60,040 nt of DNA, from positions 1-60,040 of IMG/VR virus record IMGVR_UViG_3300025154_000101. One strand, written 5' to 3'. The number at the start of each line of letters is the position of its first letter. The first letter of the stretch is position 1. The stretch comes from a virus. Lineage: Duplodnaviria > Caudoviricetes. The notes beneath the pieces are model-generated. The model saw only the letters and a list, made by a program, of their open reading frames with translations. It did no database searches and was not told the DNA's origin. Below are positions 49,601-58,983 of this stretch, piece after piece. The translations under genes were made by a program, and so were the position numbers.

Positions 49601-52015
49601 GTCAAGAAGGCTGGCGAAGATCCGTTGCAGATTAGGAAGGACTTTATATCTTATCTTATCTCCCGCCGTGCCATGGACTATAAAGACCGTGGACTTGTCA
49701 TGCCACAGCCGTTCTATCTGTACGAGGATAACATAACAGCCATGGAGCAAAAACATTCTGAATTTGTTGGAGTGTTCGACAATTTGAGAAAATGGGAAGA
49801 TAACAACTTGCAGCTTTTGGTTGATTCCGGTATTAAAACAAAGGAGCAGATAGATAATATTAGGATTGCAAATGCCAACCACGTCCCTCTGTATAGGATA
49901 AGGGAAGCTGCAACAGCAATAAAGGCAGGAAGTGGAAATACTTTAGGACAATCAAAGAAGGTCATTAAGAAGGCCATAGGTTCGGGAGCTTCCATAATTG
50001 ACCCACTTGAAAGCATGATAGCTGATTCCTTCATAATCCGGAGAGCAGCAGAGTCCAACGACATACTTAAAGAGCTCAAAAAAATGGCAACAACTGTTGA
50101 AGGTATTGGGATGATGGTTGAGAAGGTCAATATAAAGGGCGAAGTGACAAAATTTAACTTGGACGAAGTTAAAGGACAGCTTAAGAAAATGGCTGAACTG
50201 ATAGAATCACAGACAGGCGACACTACTTTCAAAGATGCTTTGGATAATATGGATGAAAAGTATCTTGAAACTATGATGTCAATATATAAGCCTCTATATA
50301 AGGAAGGCGACAACGAGGTTACGGTTTACGATAATGGCAAGGCTGAATTGTACCAAGTTGACCCCGAGTTATATAAGGCTATTAAGGGATTAAACAAGGA
50401 ACAAAGTAATTTTATAATGAGAATGCTTAATGTTCCAAAAAGAATCTTGCAATTTGGAGCTGTAACCACGGTTAATTTTGTTATGCGAAACATGGCAAGA
50501 GACACCGGATCTTCTTCTATTCAATCAGAAGCAGGAATAAACCCGATAGACATTTTTAAAGGCTATGTCAGTTCAATTAAAAAAGATAAGTGGTTTAAGG
50601 AATGGATTGCCTCTGGCGGGGCAAGTGAATATCTGAATGTCAACGACAGGGCACAGGCTCAAAAGATTGAGGATGATGTTTTTAAATACGGCATTTCAGA
50701 AAAGTGGCAGAGGTTGACAGATGCTATCGGAGAAATGAAAAAAAACAACAATGATCGCACCCAAGATAAAGTAAAAAACGCTGCAAAACAATTCCTCATA
50801 ATTCCGTTTGACAAAATACGTGATGCGGTACAATTTTCAGAGGCAGGCCCGAGGGTAGCAGAATTCAGAAAAGCAACCGAAAAAGGAGAGAGCAGAGATA
50901 CTGCGGCTGCATGGAGCAGACAAGTATCACAGGATTTTTTACGGCACGGGTATTACGGAAAGGAACTAAATAAAGTTACGGCATTTTTTAACGCAGGCGT
51001 TCAGGGCGTTACCAGAATAGCAGAATCTCTTGACCCGAGAAACCCAAAAAAAATGCTTAGAACTATGATCCGTGGGCTTACTTATGTCACTCTTCCAAAT
51101 ATGTTACTGTACTTTTTTAACCACGACGACGAAAACTATCAGAATTTACCGGAATGGAAGAAGTCATTGTACTTTAATGTTCCGATCGGCGGAGGTAAAT
51201 TTTTGTCTATACCGAAGCCTTACGGATACGGATTCATATTTGGATCTCTTCCTGAGATAGCTATGGATAAGATATTTAAAGATGATCCCAAAACATGGAA
51301 AAGAATAGCTGAATCATTTTTACTTCATTTTTCCATACCTTTTGTTCCAGCAGCAGTCAAACCGGCCATAGACGTATTTGCTAATTTAAGTTGGAACAAA
51401 ACGCCGATAGAAGGACCGTATGAAAGAAAGAACAATTCGGCTTATTTAATAAGGGATGATAGTACAAGTGCTGTTGCTAATTTAATAGGCGATATATTAA
51501 AAAATGAAAGAGGTTTATCTCCTAAACAAATAGATTATATTGTTAAAGGGTACACTGGCAGCGTAGGAAAGTTTTTTTGGCAGCTACCCGATGCGGTTAA
51601 AAAAGGCATTGAGAATCCCACAGACGTAACGCAGTATCCGGTTATAAAGGCTTTTATGACCGATTCCGCTTATTCAACATCATCCATTAATGATCTTTAT
51701 GGTTATGGCGAAGAACTAAGTACCAGACTGGGCGACTTAAAAGATACCGGCAAATACAGAGCTATGGAACAGTTGCCAAAAGAAAAACAGGCTGAACTAT
51801 TTGAAATACTGGAAGGTGCAAGGCTTGCTTATAACGATCTTGCGGAACAATTCAGCGAAGCGAGAAAAGCCATTAAGGAGGTCAACACAAGCAAAACATT
51901 TACACCTGGACAAAAAGAACAAAAAGAACGGCAGATACATATTGCAATGAATAAGATGGCAGAGGGTTTCAATAAAGCGTACGAGAAGTTCAAGCAGAAT
52001 AATGATATAAAATAA
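46646..52015 (+). CDS. Large polyvalent ejection protein (zincin-like HExxH; LPD38-like C-terminus)
   Basis: 1789 aa; SHELGHYFD; C-terminal YQNLPEWKKSLYFNVP...IPKP...SPKQIDY.VKGYTG pattern. Confidence 0.7.
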   Translation: MAGILWGSSSDSKPSTAGKGILWNKPDIEKDSSNDSNELRKETLPAKRQQAIDTAKSAKPVVQQETKRPWVESAFNRISEVASEIPLVKTIRSAAKDTQKAREMPVAEIAQTDSSRRQELFGQPAAYLASNVDKGLLNFNQGLSNAAAVAVENTPLKFIPGVVDYVKEPQNRFEEYSQEIDKANQPVSKGQKFLGDVVSAGAQMAPSILLASINPAVGMAAFGVPAFGQYARQAELGEATPSQQLGVGVIGGTAEAFLQTSLFVKPLLKLFPQKVISDVAKSGTANLIKNFANIGKNVVKTAAGEAFEEAAIDPVIGLAEKATYNPDKKWLGEGGAIDPKQMGYDALLGAVMGGGIASTSIPFSVADAIEVKKYIEQNYDDTLVMAQGLPENYASRKKSIEYAENAHPISYNELIEFQQQTVKDLQDYAAKNPVKEAAQPKIEPENIQTPPVGNKPAKAVQKVEALKKIRMSVKQGTPEYEAIDETIKSVEAQLQDEITTANPQQSEQIAEELRQITGDKTQPIPANVVPENVEIPATGKMDSTGLQGTTMTERNTANAAGTNNLITNPKTKAYQFENPEVKDYYQTYAKYILDDEFVPNAQEGRVTEVMAKLKSDTGLQPGEVKDALERLIKNQGQENVAAAKKVEIVIDDMLSNGFESVRGEKVKPIDDYLQIKSDIEGREIKAGKDATLDDVPAETSYAKPTKNKKAPDVQGYAVQELTGRTDELPKGDDSSTESKTVDDIIEIIEKTIGVPIRTGKFRQKALGIFKIKPEVIRTKVRGDIPVISHELGHYFDKKYNLSTSKQFKSELDALGKKTSKPSYTLAQIRAEGVAEFVSLYLTNPNKAHSLAPKFLAQFEKTVNADTVKFLAEIRKDISNIINLPQNKKIYNDVSDFETRKSTTQQVGFIQKLYDSWINDKGPFKRMQKYAEGKGWTGKDIDLLTQNYSGFEAKALYMMFDKQRDLKGDIIGNSFMEILAPISKKEVKKAGEDPLQIRKDFISYLISRRAMDYKDRGLVMPQPFYLYEDNITAMEQKHSEFVGVFDNLRKWEDNNLQLLVDSGIKTKEQIDNIRIANANHVPLYRIREAATAIKAGSGNTLGQSKKVIKKAIGSGASIIDPLESMIADSFIIRRAAESNDILKELKKMATTVEGIGMMVEKVNIKGEVTKFNLDEVKGQLKKMAELIESQTGDTTFKDALDNMDEKYLETMMSIYKPLYKEGDNEVTVYDNGKAELYQVDPELYKAIKGLNKEQSNFIMRMLNVPKRILQFGAVTTVNFVMRNMARDTGSSSIQSEAGINPIDIFKGYVSSIKKDKWFKEWIASGGASEYLNVNDRAQAQKIEDDVFKYGISEKWQRLTDAIGEMKKNNNDRTQDKVKNAAKQFLIIPFDKIRDAVQFSEAGPRVAEFRKATEKGESRDTAAAWSRQVSQDFLRHGYYGKELNKVTAFFNAGVQGVTRIAESLDPRNPKKMLRTMIRGLTYVTLPNMLLYFFNHDDENYQNLPEWKKSLYFNVPIGGGKFLSIPKPYGYGFIFGSLPEIAMDKIFKDDPKTWKRIAESFLLHFSIPFVPAAVKPAIDVFANLSWNKTPIEGPYERKNNSAYLIRDDSTSAVANLIGDILKNERGLSPKQIDYIVKGYTGSVGKFFWQLPDAVKKGIENPTDVTQYPVIKAFMTDSAYSTSSINDLYGYGEELSTRLGDLKDTGKYRAMEQLPKEKQAELFEILEGARLAYNDLAEQFSEARKAIKEVNTSKTFTPGQKEQKERQIHIAMNKMAEGFNKAYEKFKQNNDIK

Positions 52016-52186
52016 GCCGGAAACGGCTTTTCTTTTTGCCCATTTCAGGCGAGAACAGTACCCCAAAAATCCGTGATACAATTTTATCAACAAGGGATAG
52101 AGATTGCAACTCGATACGGGCAGTTAAACCATCCGACTGCCTTTCCCGTAAACTAAAGGATGGAGTATCGAAAGGATGGTATTTAT

Positions 52187-52864
52187 ATGAATGAGTTAGT
52201 AATTGTAAAAGGCAATGACATTTTTACCGACAGTTTAACCGTAGCAATCGGAACTGAATTCGAACATCACACGATAACCAGGAAGATCAGAGACTACATA
52301 AAAGACTTTGAGGAAATGGGTAAGGTTGGATACCACAACCAATCTTTGGAGAGTGGGCAGACCCAAAAATTGTATCTTCTCAATGAACCACAAGCCACAT
52401 ATTTAATAACACTTCTTGAGAATAATCAATCGGTAAGAAAATTCAAGCTTGCATTAGTAAAAGAGTTTTTCCGTATGCGTCAATTCATACTTGAAAAACA
52501 ATCCTCTGAATGGCAGCAATCAAGATTAACAAGCAAACAGACTCGCAAAAATGAAACTGACATAATTCTTACAAAGCTTATTCCTCTTGCAGAAAAACAA
52601 GGAAGTAAAAATTCCGGCAAACTTTATATGACTTATTCCAAATTGGTCAATATGGTTATTGGGATAGACGCTGGACAAAGAGATAACCTTCCTGCGGCTT
52701 ACAATGATGCAATTCGGTTTCTTGAAAGAGCCATTGAAAACATAATTTCTATCGAGGTTGACAAAGGAACTTATTACAAGGAAATTTACCAAGTTTGCAA
52801 GGCTAAGTGCAACATAATAAAAGAACTGGCATTTCTGCCATCAATAAAAATGATAGGAGCTTAA
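52187..52864 (+). CDS. Rha-family regulatory protein
   Basis: TDSLTVA...H...YLLNEPQATYLITLL.N...VRKFKLALVKEF. Confidence 0.8.
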   Translation: MNELVIVKGNDIFTDSLTVAIGTEFEHHTITRKIRDYIKDFEEMGKVGYHNQSLESGQTQKLYLLNEPQATYLITLLENNQSVRKFKLALVKEFFRMRQFILEKQSSEWQQSRLTSKQTRKNETDIILTKLIPLAEKQGSKNSGKLYMTYSKLVNMVIGIDAGQRDNLPAAYNDAIRFLERAIENIISIEVDKGTYYKEIYQVCKAKCNIIKELAFLPSIKMIGA

Positions 52865-53013
52865 CCAAAACAAGCACTTACAAATTCTGTGATAAACTTA
52901 AATTGTAAACAAGGACCGGCAGCCGACTAAAACTAACCGGCCCTCATCCCTTCCAAATCCTTGCGGAAATAAGGAAGGTAAAACCATAATAACACTTGCG
53001 GGGGTATTTGGCA

Positions 53014-53343
53014 ATGGAACAGTCTGAAAACATTAAGATTCACGAAAGACTTACCACATTAGAGGGCAGCATGAAAACTGTATACAACAGGGTAGATGAT
53101 GCTGAAATCGAAATAAAGGAAATTCGATCAGACAATAAGATTCTTCACGAAATGAATACCAATATCGGCATTCTGGCTACGGAATTTAAACATCAAGGGA
53201 AGCGGATAGAATCAATTGAGAGTGACGTAAAGGAATTAAAAGATAAGCCATCAAAACGTATGAACGCACTTGAAACAATAATAATTACAGTTGTAGCAAC
53301 AGGGATAGTTACATACGCGTTGAGTAAGATATTTGGAGGCTAA
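53014..53343 (+). CDS. XhlA-like lysis protein
   Basis: Coiled coil plus C-terminal TM helix, upstream of the endolysin. Confidence 0.65.
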   Translation: MEQSENIKIHERLTTLEGSMKTVYNRVDDAEIEIKEIRSDNKILHEMNTNIGILATEFKHQGKRIESIESDVKELKDKPSKRMNALETIIITVVATGIVTYALSKIFGG

Positions 53344-53344
53344 A

Positions 53345-54616
53345 ATGATTTTCGAATTCGATCCAACAAAATACCGTTTCGCCGTAGAAATCGGAATACC
53401 CGGCAAACTTGAACGCTTGGACAAAATTCCCCGGCCACGTCCAAATGAAACCATAGCCTGTGCCATCAACATTAATGTATTTGATTGGGTGGGGGGCTCC
53501 GATGGTTACGGTGAAATTGAACAGGACGGCGTACAATATAAGCCTGAATCAAAAGGGTTTCCTTCTATATCTTTCAAAGACGGCAAACTTACTTTAGGTG
53601 ATTTACCGGGCGCACAGGTAGGAGTTGGAATTCCCATTACTTTGGTTATTGATGGCAAAATAGACATACGTAACCCGTCCAAACTGGCAACCGGATTTAC
53701 AAGCAGGACAGCAGTAGGACAAAAGTCCAACGGCAACATTGTATTTGTCACTCAAGAATATATGACCACTTCTGAGCTTGCTGAGTATATGAAATCATTG
53801 GGCTGCATCAACGCATTTCAAGGCGACAGTGGCGGCAGCACAGGAATGTACCTTAACGGCAAACTATATGATCAGGGCAGGGCCATTGCAGCAGCGTTGG
53901 TGGCATATAAAAAGAAACTCATTGCCATTGATGATGGACATGGGATGGAAACGGCAGGGAAGCGCACACCGATATTCCCGGGAACTAATACTTTTATGCA
54001 TGAAAACGAATTCAACAATGCGGTTGCCCAACTCCTGAAAATTAATCTTGAAAAATCCGGATTTGATACTTTAATGGTTGCGCCGGACAACTTCGATACG
54101 CCGCTTAAAACTCGTACAGACAGAGCTAACGCAGCTAAAGCAGACTTCTATATCTCCATTCACGCAAACGCTTTGACAGGCGAATGGGGCACACAGAACG
54201 GCATAAGTACATATCATTATTCCGGTTCGGTTGAAGGGAAAAAGGCGGCTGAAATAATCCACAGAAACATGCTTCAAGGTACAAAGCTCCAAGATAAGAA
54301 GGTTCAGACAGCAAACTTCCACGTGCTGAAATATACTAAAATGACATCTGTGCTTTGTGAATGTGCTTTCATGGATAATCTGGCTGAAGCAAAACTTCTT
54401 TTGACCGGAGCTTATCGCCAGGAATGTGCGGATGAAATTTGCCGGGGCATATGTGAATATTACGGTGTGGAAGTGCCGAAACCATCAACAGCTGTTGGGT
54501 TAATCGAATACGCTCTAAGTAAAGGGTATATCACAAATGAAGCCTATTGGCTTAAAAAGGTTTTATTAGATAAGGATCTGATAGATTTATTTACAAATAT
54601 TAAAAAGAAAGGATGA
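53345..54616 (+). CDS. Endolysin: phosphodiester-glycosidase-like domain plus Amidase_3
   Basis: RTAVG...A...DSGGS (NAGPA-like); IDDGHG, E, SIHAN, LCECAFMDN (amidase). Confidence 0.88.
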   Translation: MIFEFDPTKYRFAVEIGIPGKLERLDKIPRPRPNETIACAININVFDWVGGSDGYGEIEQDGVQYKPESKGFPSISFKDGKLTLGDLPGAQVGVGIPITLVIDGKIDIRNPSKLATGFTSRTAVGQKSNGNIVFVTQEYMTTSELAEYMKSLGCINAFQGDSGGSTGMYLNGKLYDQGRAIAAALVAYKKKLIAIDDGHGMETAGKRTPIFPGTNTFMHENEFNNAVAQLLKINLEKSGFDTLMVAPDNFDTPLKTRTDRANAAKADFYISIHANALTGEWGTQNGISTYHYSGSVEGKKAAEIIHRNMLQGTKLQDKKVQTANFHVLKYTKMTSVLCECAFMDNLAEAKLLLTGAYRQECADEICRGICEYYGVEVPKPSTAVGLIEYALSKGYITNEAYWLKKVLLDKDLIDLFTNIKKKG

Positions 54617-54819
54617 TTACAATGAAACAAAACAGGTTTAAAAGCCCAGTTTTCTGGGGCGCAGTAGTAGCACAGATACTTTCCATTGGGCAGATAACCG
54701 GTATATGGGCAAAGTACGGTGTTGACACTGGCGTTGTTGGCGATGTTGTGGCCGCTGTATTGCAACTAGGTGTATTGTTCGGCCTGCTTAATAATCCGAG
54801 TGACAAAGAAAATTTTTAA
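54613..54819 (+). CDS. Holin
   Basis: KQNRFKSPVFW...two TM helices...GLLNNP. Confidence 0.85.
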   Translation: MITMKQNRFKSPVFWGAVVAQILSIGQITGIWAKYGVDTGVVGDVVAAVLQLGVLFGLLNNPSDKENF

Positions 54820-55070
54820 CTCTTTTCTATTCCTGGAGGCCCCTGCTGAAAAGTGGGGGCTTTATTTTTCTTTGGAACATATTCTATCAAATCGGATATT
54901 TGGCAATCCAACTCTTTGCACATGGAATGTAGGTCTTTTATCCTAGCCTCTTTAACTTTGCCGTGTGCATAATTCCATACGGTAGCAACGCGCATATCAC
55001 AGCGCCGGGATAATTCGCTTTGGGAAATGTTTTTCTCTTTTAGAATTCGTTTAAGATGCCATTTAAACAT
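54816..55070 (-). CDS. Cro/C1-type HTH regulator
   Basis: LKRILKEKNISQSELSR...LDCQISDLIEY. Confidence 0.8.
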   Translation of the reverse strand: MFKWHLKRILKEKNISQSELSRRCDMRVATVWNYAHGKVKEARIKDLHSMCKELDCQISDLIEYVPKKNKAPTFQQGPPGIEKS

Positions 55071-55337
55071 AACTTCCTCCCAAAAGCATTTTACCATATT
55101 CGACCATCATTTTACTTGTACGCGTAAAACGGCTTTGAAATAGGCACATATGCCTATATCGTAGGACAATATACTTTATTACAATTCAGTGACAATCATT
55201 GTATTTCATTACTGTAAACCATATAATGTGATTATGTAAATCATGGAAGGAAAGGAAGTGTGTAGAAAATTGTCGAATAATAGCGGAATTAGGATTACGA
55301 AATTTATTGCATTATGGCGGTAATGGTAGTAAAATAG

Positions 55338-55349
55338 GAACACATGTTC
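55338..55349. promoter_or_regulatory. Gram-positive LexA (SOS) box
   Basis: GAAC-ACAT-GTTC. Confidence 0.7.
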
Positions 55350-55382
55350 GCTGTATAAAAGGACGAAGGAGAGTGACAGTTA

Positions 55383-55656
55383 ATGGAAATTTTCTGAATG
55401 CATTAACGAACTTATTGAGAAAAGAATTGAATCTACTAACGATGACATCGCAAAAACCGAATGGTACAATAATCTCCAGGATAAGTTGATAGAAATTCAA
55501 AACAGGTCACCGGAAAATAAAAAGCTCCTTTCTGAATACAATCCTATCTCTGAAGAAATTTTCAGAGAGACAATGGCAGCAATTTACCGCCAGGCTTTCC
55601 TGGACGGCATGGAATCCGCTGCGATCATGACACCTATTTTGGCACCTAAACGATAA
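55383..55656 (+). pseudogene. SOS-box-preceded small gene with a frameshift near its start
   Basis: RBS, then ATG GAA ATT TTC TGA; the +1 frame stays open about 87 codons (SECINELIEK...IYRQAFLDGM...KR) with no upstream start of its own. Confidence 0.55.
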
Positions 55657-55793
55657 TTCACATTTGAAAGTTATCCTGTTTGGGATGAAACAAAAAATTG
55701 CTAAAATATAACAAGGTTTGAAATGCACGAATGACAATAATCCTGCAAACGCAGTAAAATAGCACGTTCCCGAATGGGATAAAAAAATCATAA

Positions 55794-55855
55794 CACAGGA
55801 CTTAAAATCCTGCGGTAGCAATATCGTACGAGTTCAATTCTCGTCTTCGGCACCA
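55794..55855 (+). other. attP core: 3' part of tRNA-Leu(TAA)
   Basis: CAGGA-CTTAAAA-TCCTG anticodon arm, long variable arm, GAGTTCAATTCTC T arm and CCA end, with no 5' half; next to the integrase; TGRCACCT direct-repeat pairs at about 55628 and 55895 (arm-type sites). Confidence 0.9.
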
Positions 55856-55886
55856 AGGTTTTCAGGGATTTTCCCGAAACCTATTT

Positions 55887-57101
55887 TTATGCCTTGGCAC
55901 CTACTTTGGCACCTGTTTTCTTGTTTTTCTTCTTCATAACATTATTAAGCTTATTGGCAGACTTTTTATCCATTTCTTTTAAGACATGCTGATATTTTTT
56001 TACCATGGATGCAGTCGTCCATCCACCGCGCTCCATGATTTCTTTTTCGGAAACTCCATGCTTCAGCATCATAGTACCGTTAAAATGACGCATGTCATGT
56101 AGGCGAATGTGTGGAAGTTCATTCCTTTTCAAAAAATCGCTGAATGCGCTGCTGACACTTCCTGGGTGGTATTGTTCTCCGTCGATCCTCACATAAAGCT
56201 TTCCTATGCCATGGCACCTTCTAAGGATTGGCATGATCACGCTGGGTATTGAAAATGAACGTTTGCTCTTTTTGGTTTTGGGTTCCTTTTCAATTACGCC
56301 CTCAGAACTAGTAGGGACACGATTCCTTTGTACATTGATTATCTCGTTTTCAAAGTCAATGTCTTCCCAGCACAGTCCCAATAATTCACCCCGGCGCAAT
56401 CCGCACATACCGGCAATTAAAATAAGGGCTTCTAGTTTATGCCCTTCAAGCTTGTCCAGCAATAAGGCAAATTGCTCCTCTGTATAAACAGTCGGCTCAT
56501 ATTCCTCTGGACTGGGAGCATCCACGCCATCACAAGGGTTCTTTGCAAGTTTTTCATCGCCTACTGCTTTTTTAAATGCCTTGTGTAATATTCTATGGAT
56601 TTGTAGGAGAGTTTTTTCAGAATAGCCAATAATTGCATTCCCTTTCTTGTCTTTTCCTCTTTTATTTTCCTCTCCGTCTTTATTTATGCTTCTGTCTACC
56701 TTACGCAATATATTGTAAAGGTTTTCAATGTGCATCGGCTTCAGGTCGCACAACCTAACCTTCCCGATATACGGGTTAATGTGCATGCCCACATATCTTT
56801 TATAGCCTTCTAGTGTCGTAGTTGCGCGCTTAGTGCAGTATATTTCAAAATATCTTTCCATCCATCCACTCACTGTCATAGTGTCAATACTGGACAAATC
56901 GCCCTCTCTCAATCTCTTTAAGAGCGCATCTAATTTCCTTTTAACTTCCTGTTTTCCTTTGTTTCCTTTTATAGTGCTCGTCAGGAATTTAGGCTTTCTC
57001 TGTTCGCCAGTGATGGGGTCTGGATGGAAATCAATTCTGGCTACATGCTGACCGTCTTTGTTTTTCCCGCGCTGATATACTGTGAATCTGAAATTATCCA
57101 T
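55887..57101 (-). CDS. int: Tyrosine integrase
   Basis: GLRRGELLGL, RLHDMRH, YQH; N-terminal core-binding region. Confidence 0.95.
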   Translation of the reverse strand: MDNFRFTVYQRGKNKDGQHVARIDFHPDPITGEQRKPKFLTSTIKGNKGKQEVKRKLDALLKRLREGDLSSIDTMTVSGWMERYFEIYCTKRATTTLEGYKRYVGMHINPYIGKVRLCDLKPMHIENLYNILRKVDRSINKDGEENKRGKDKKGNAIIGYSEKTLLQIHRILHKAFKKAVGDEKLAKNPCDGVDAPSPEEYEPTVYTEEQFALLLDKLEGHKLEALILIAGMCGLRRGELLGLCWEDIDFENEIINVQRNRVPTSSEGVIEKEPKTKKSKRSFSIPSVIMPILRRCHGIGKLYVRIDGEQYHPGSVSSAFSDFLKRNELPHIRLHDMRHFNGTMMLKHGVSEKEIMERGGWTTASMVKKYQHVLKEMDKKSANKLNNVMKKKNKKTGAKVGAKA

Positions 57102-57438
57102 TGCCCTTTTCCTTTCCTCTTACATACATGGCAAAACTAAATAATTCCTTTTTCCCCGCTTCAGATAAACTATCATATATTTCCGCCAGTGCATTGGTTG
57201 TGTTGTCCCTGTATCTGGCAGCCCCTTCGTTTCCTACAAGCCAATCGAGGCTTACATTGAATCGTTCACATATTTTTAGCGCAAGAGGCGTGGGTATTTC
57301 TCTTTGTTCTTTCTTGTTTGCCCCTGTGTAGCGATATACAGATGTTTTATTTATGTCGAACATTTTTGCAAATTCCTCTGCCGATAAATCCATTGAGTCG
57401 ATCAATTCCTTTAATCTGTTCACTTTCAATTCCTCCAT
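57094..57438 (-). CDS. CI-like repressor (HTH only, no S24 peptidase)
   Basis: HTH with FNVSLDWLVG; divergent from the Cro-like gene. Confidence 0.85.
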   Translation of the reverse strand: MEELKVNRLKELIDSMDLSAEEFAKMFDINKTSVYRYTGANKKEQREIPTPLALKICERFNVSLDWLVGNEGAARYRDNTTNALAEIYDSLSEAGKKELFSFAMYVRGKEKGNG

Positions 57439-57498
57439 GAATGTTTTTATTTCAATACTTGCAATTATAAACTATATTATATCATTAGTAAATAAAAA

Positions 57499-57576
57499 TA
57501 TTCCCAAATAGGAATAAAAACTCTTGACAAGCATAAGGTAATAGTTTAGACTTAAATTATTCCCAAACAGGATAAA
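57499..57576. promoter_or_regulatory. Lysis/lysogeny switch: promoter TTGACA-17-TAGACT flanked by operators
   Basis: TTGACA 57524, TAGACT 57547; TCCCAAATAGGA (57502) and TCCCAAACAGGA (57561). Confidence 0.75.
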
Positions 57577-57603
57577 TTTTATACATAACGAAGGAGGACT
57601 TTT

Positions 57604-57858
57604 ATGAGCAAACCGAAAACCAAGCCACACGAACGAGTAAGAGCGGCTATGGAGTTGGCGGGTTACAGCAATTACGAAAGCCTTGCAAATGCTATCGGCA
57701 TGTCTATTTCAGCATTTACAGCCAAGATAAACGGGAAAAGATCTTTCACTTTGCCTGAATGTAATCTTATTGCAAATGTGCTGGAAACGACACTAGACGG
57801 TATTTTTTTTGCTCCCATTTCTCCCAAACGGGATAAAAATAACAAAAGGGTGGGCTGA
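57604..57858 (+). CDS. Cro-like HTH regulator
   Basis: LANAIGMSISAFTAKINGKRSFTLPE..IANVL. Confidence 0.85.
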   Translation: MSKPKTKPHERVRAAMELAGYSNYESLANAIGMSISAFTAKINGKRSFTLPECNLIANVLETTLDGIFFAPISPKRDKNNKRVG

Positions 57859-57859
57859 T

Positions 57860-58618
57860 ATGGACAAGCTAATCACAATACAAGGAGTAAGAGCCTATAT
57901 CGATCAAAACGGCACAGCGCAATTGCATCAGGAAGATGTTGCCAGAGGGCTAGGCTTTGTTGAAAGAAAAGGCGAGGCCGAATACATCAGATGGGGAAGA
58001 TTGAATGGTTATATGGCAGAATTTGGTTTCGCCACAAGTGGAGAAAATGAATTTATCCCTGAACACATCTTCTATCTACTGGCTATGAAAGCTAATAACG
58101 AAACGGCCATATCGTTTCAAAAGAAAGTAGCTTGCGAAATCCTTCCCTCCATCCGCAAACACGGCATGTACGCCAAGGATGAATTACTTGACAATCCCGA
58201 TCTGCTTATTGAAGTCATAACCCAACTCAAAAAGGAGAGGGAAGAAAAGAAACTGCTGCAGGAAACTATCAATTTAAAGCAAAAGGAACTCGAATACAAA
58301 GAGGATGTCATAATCGGGCTTGTAGATGAAGTTGAACTTGCAGAGAAGCGGCAAATACTCAATCGGGTAGTCCGCCACAATAACGCCAATTTCCAAGAAC
58401 GCTGGAAGGAGTTGTACAAGCAATTCGATATGAAATATCACATCAACGTAAAACAGCGTATGGAGTCTTACAACAAGGACCATAAGCCCAAAATGAAAAG
58501 CTATCTCGATTATGTTGATGTGGTCATGGGCAAGGTTCCTGAATTGTATGAGATAGCAGCAAAGCTTTATGAATCAGATGTGAAGGAACTGGCGGAACAA
58601 ATTTATTCTTTGAACTAA
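57860..58618 (+). CDS. Antirepressor (BRO-N-like)
   Basis: EDVARGLGF...IPEHIFYLLAMKANN..A..FQ..V..EILPSIRKHGMY. Confidence 0.85.
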   Translation: MDKLITIQGVRAYIDQNGTAQLHQEDVARGLGFVERKGEAEYIRWGRLNGYMAEFGFATSGENEFIPEHIFYLLAMKANNETAISFQKKVACEILPSIRKHGMYAKDELLDNPDLLIEVITQLKKEREEKKLLQETINLKQKELEYKEDVIIGLVDEVELAEKRQILNRVVRHNNANFQERWKELYKQFDMKYHINVKQRMESYNKDHKPKMKSYLDYVDVVMGKVPELYEIAAKLYESDVKELAEQIYSLN

Positions 58619-58628
58619 GGAGGCACGC

Positions 58629-58910
58629 ATGCCAAAGCAAATAATACGCTACAAATGCAACTACTGCAAAAAGGCATATGCCAGCAAATCCGCTGCAAAT
58701 AAGCATGAAAACCGTTGTTTTCACAATGAAGCCGTAAAATCATGTGTTACCTGCAACAATCAAAGTTTTAAGCAAGATTGCAACGATGATCCAATCTCAT
58801 ACTGCCACAAGATGGGCAGAGTTATTTTTCGCAAAGGTTATCCGGTTAGCAAATGTTATAGGTGGGAACCCATCGAGATCATTGACGAAGAAACGCAAGA
58901 TGATTTTTAA
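58629..58910 (+). CDS. C2H2/Cys-rich zinc protein
   Basis: YKCNYCKK.Y......HE..C. Confidence 0.6.
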   Translation: MPKQIIRYKCNYCKKAYASKSAANKHENRCFHNEAVKSCVTCNNQSFKQDCNDDPISYCHKMGRVIFRKGYPVSKCYRWEPIEIIDEETQDDF

Positions 58911-58983
58911 ATCCGCCTAACCTCGGCTTAATTTGTACAAGCCTTGGTATCGTATTCGCAAAAATCAGGGAGGAGAGTAGAAA

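Noticed and set aside
55794-55855. Functional tRNA-Leu gene
   Set aside because: The 5' acceptor strand and D arm are absent; position next to the integrase fits attP
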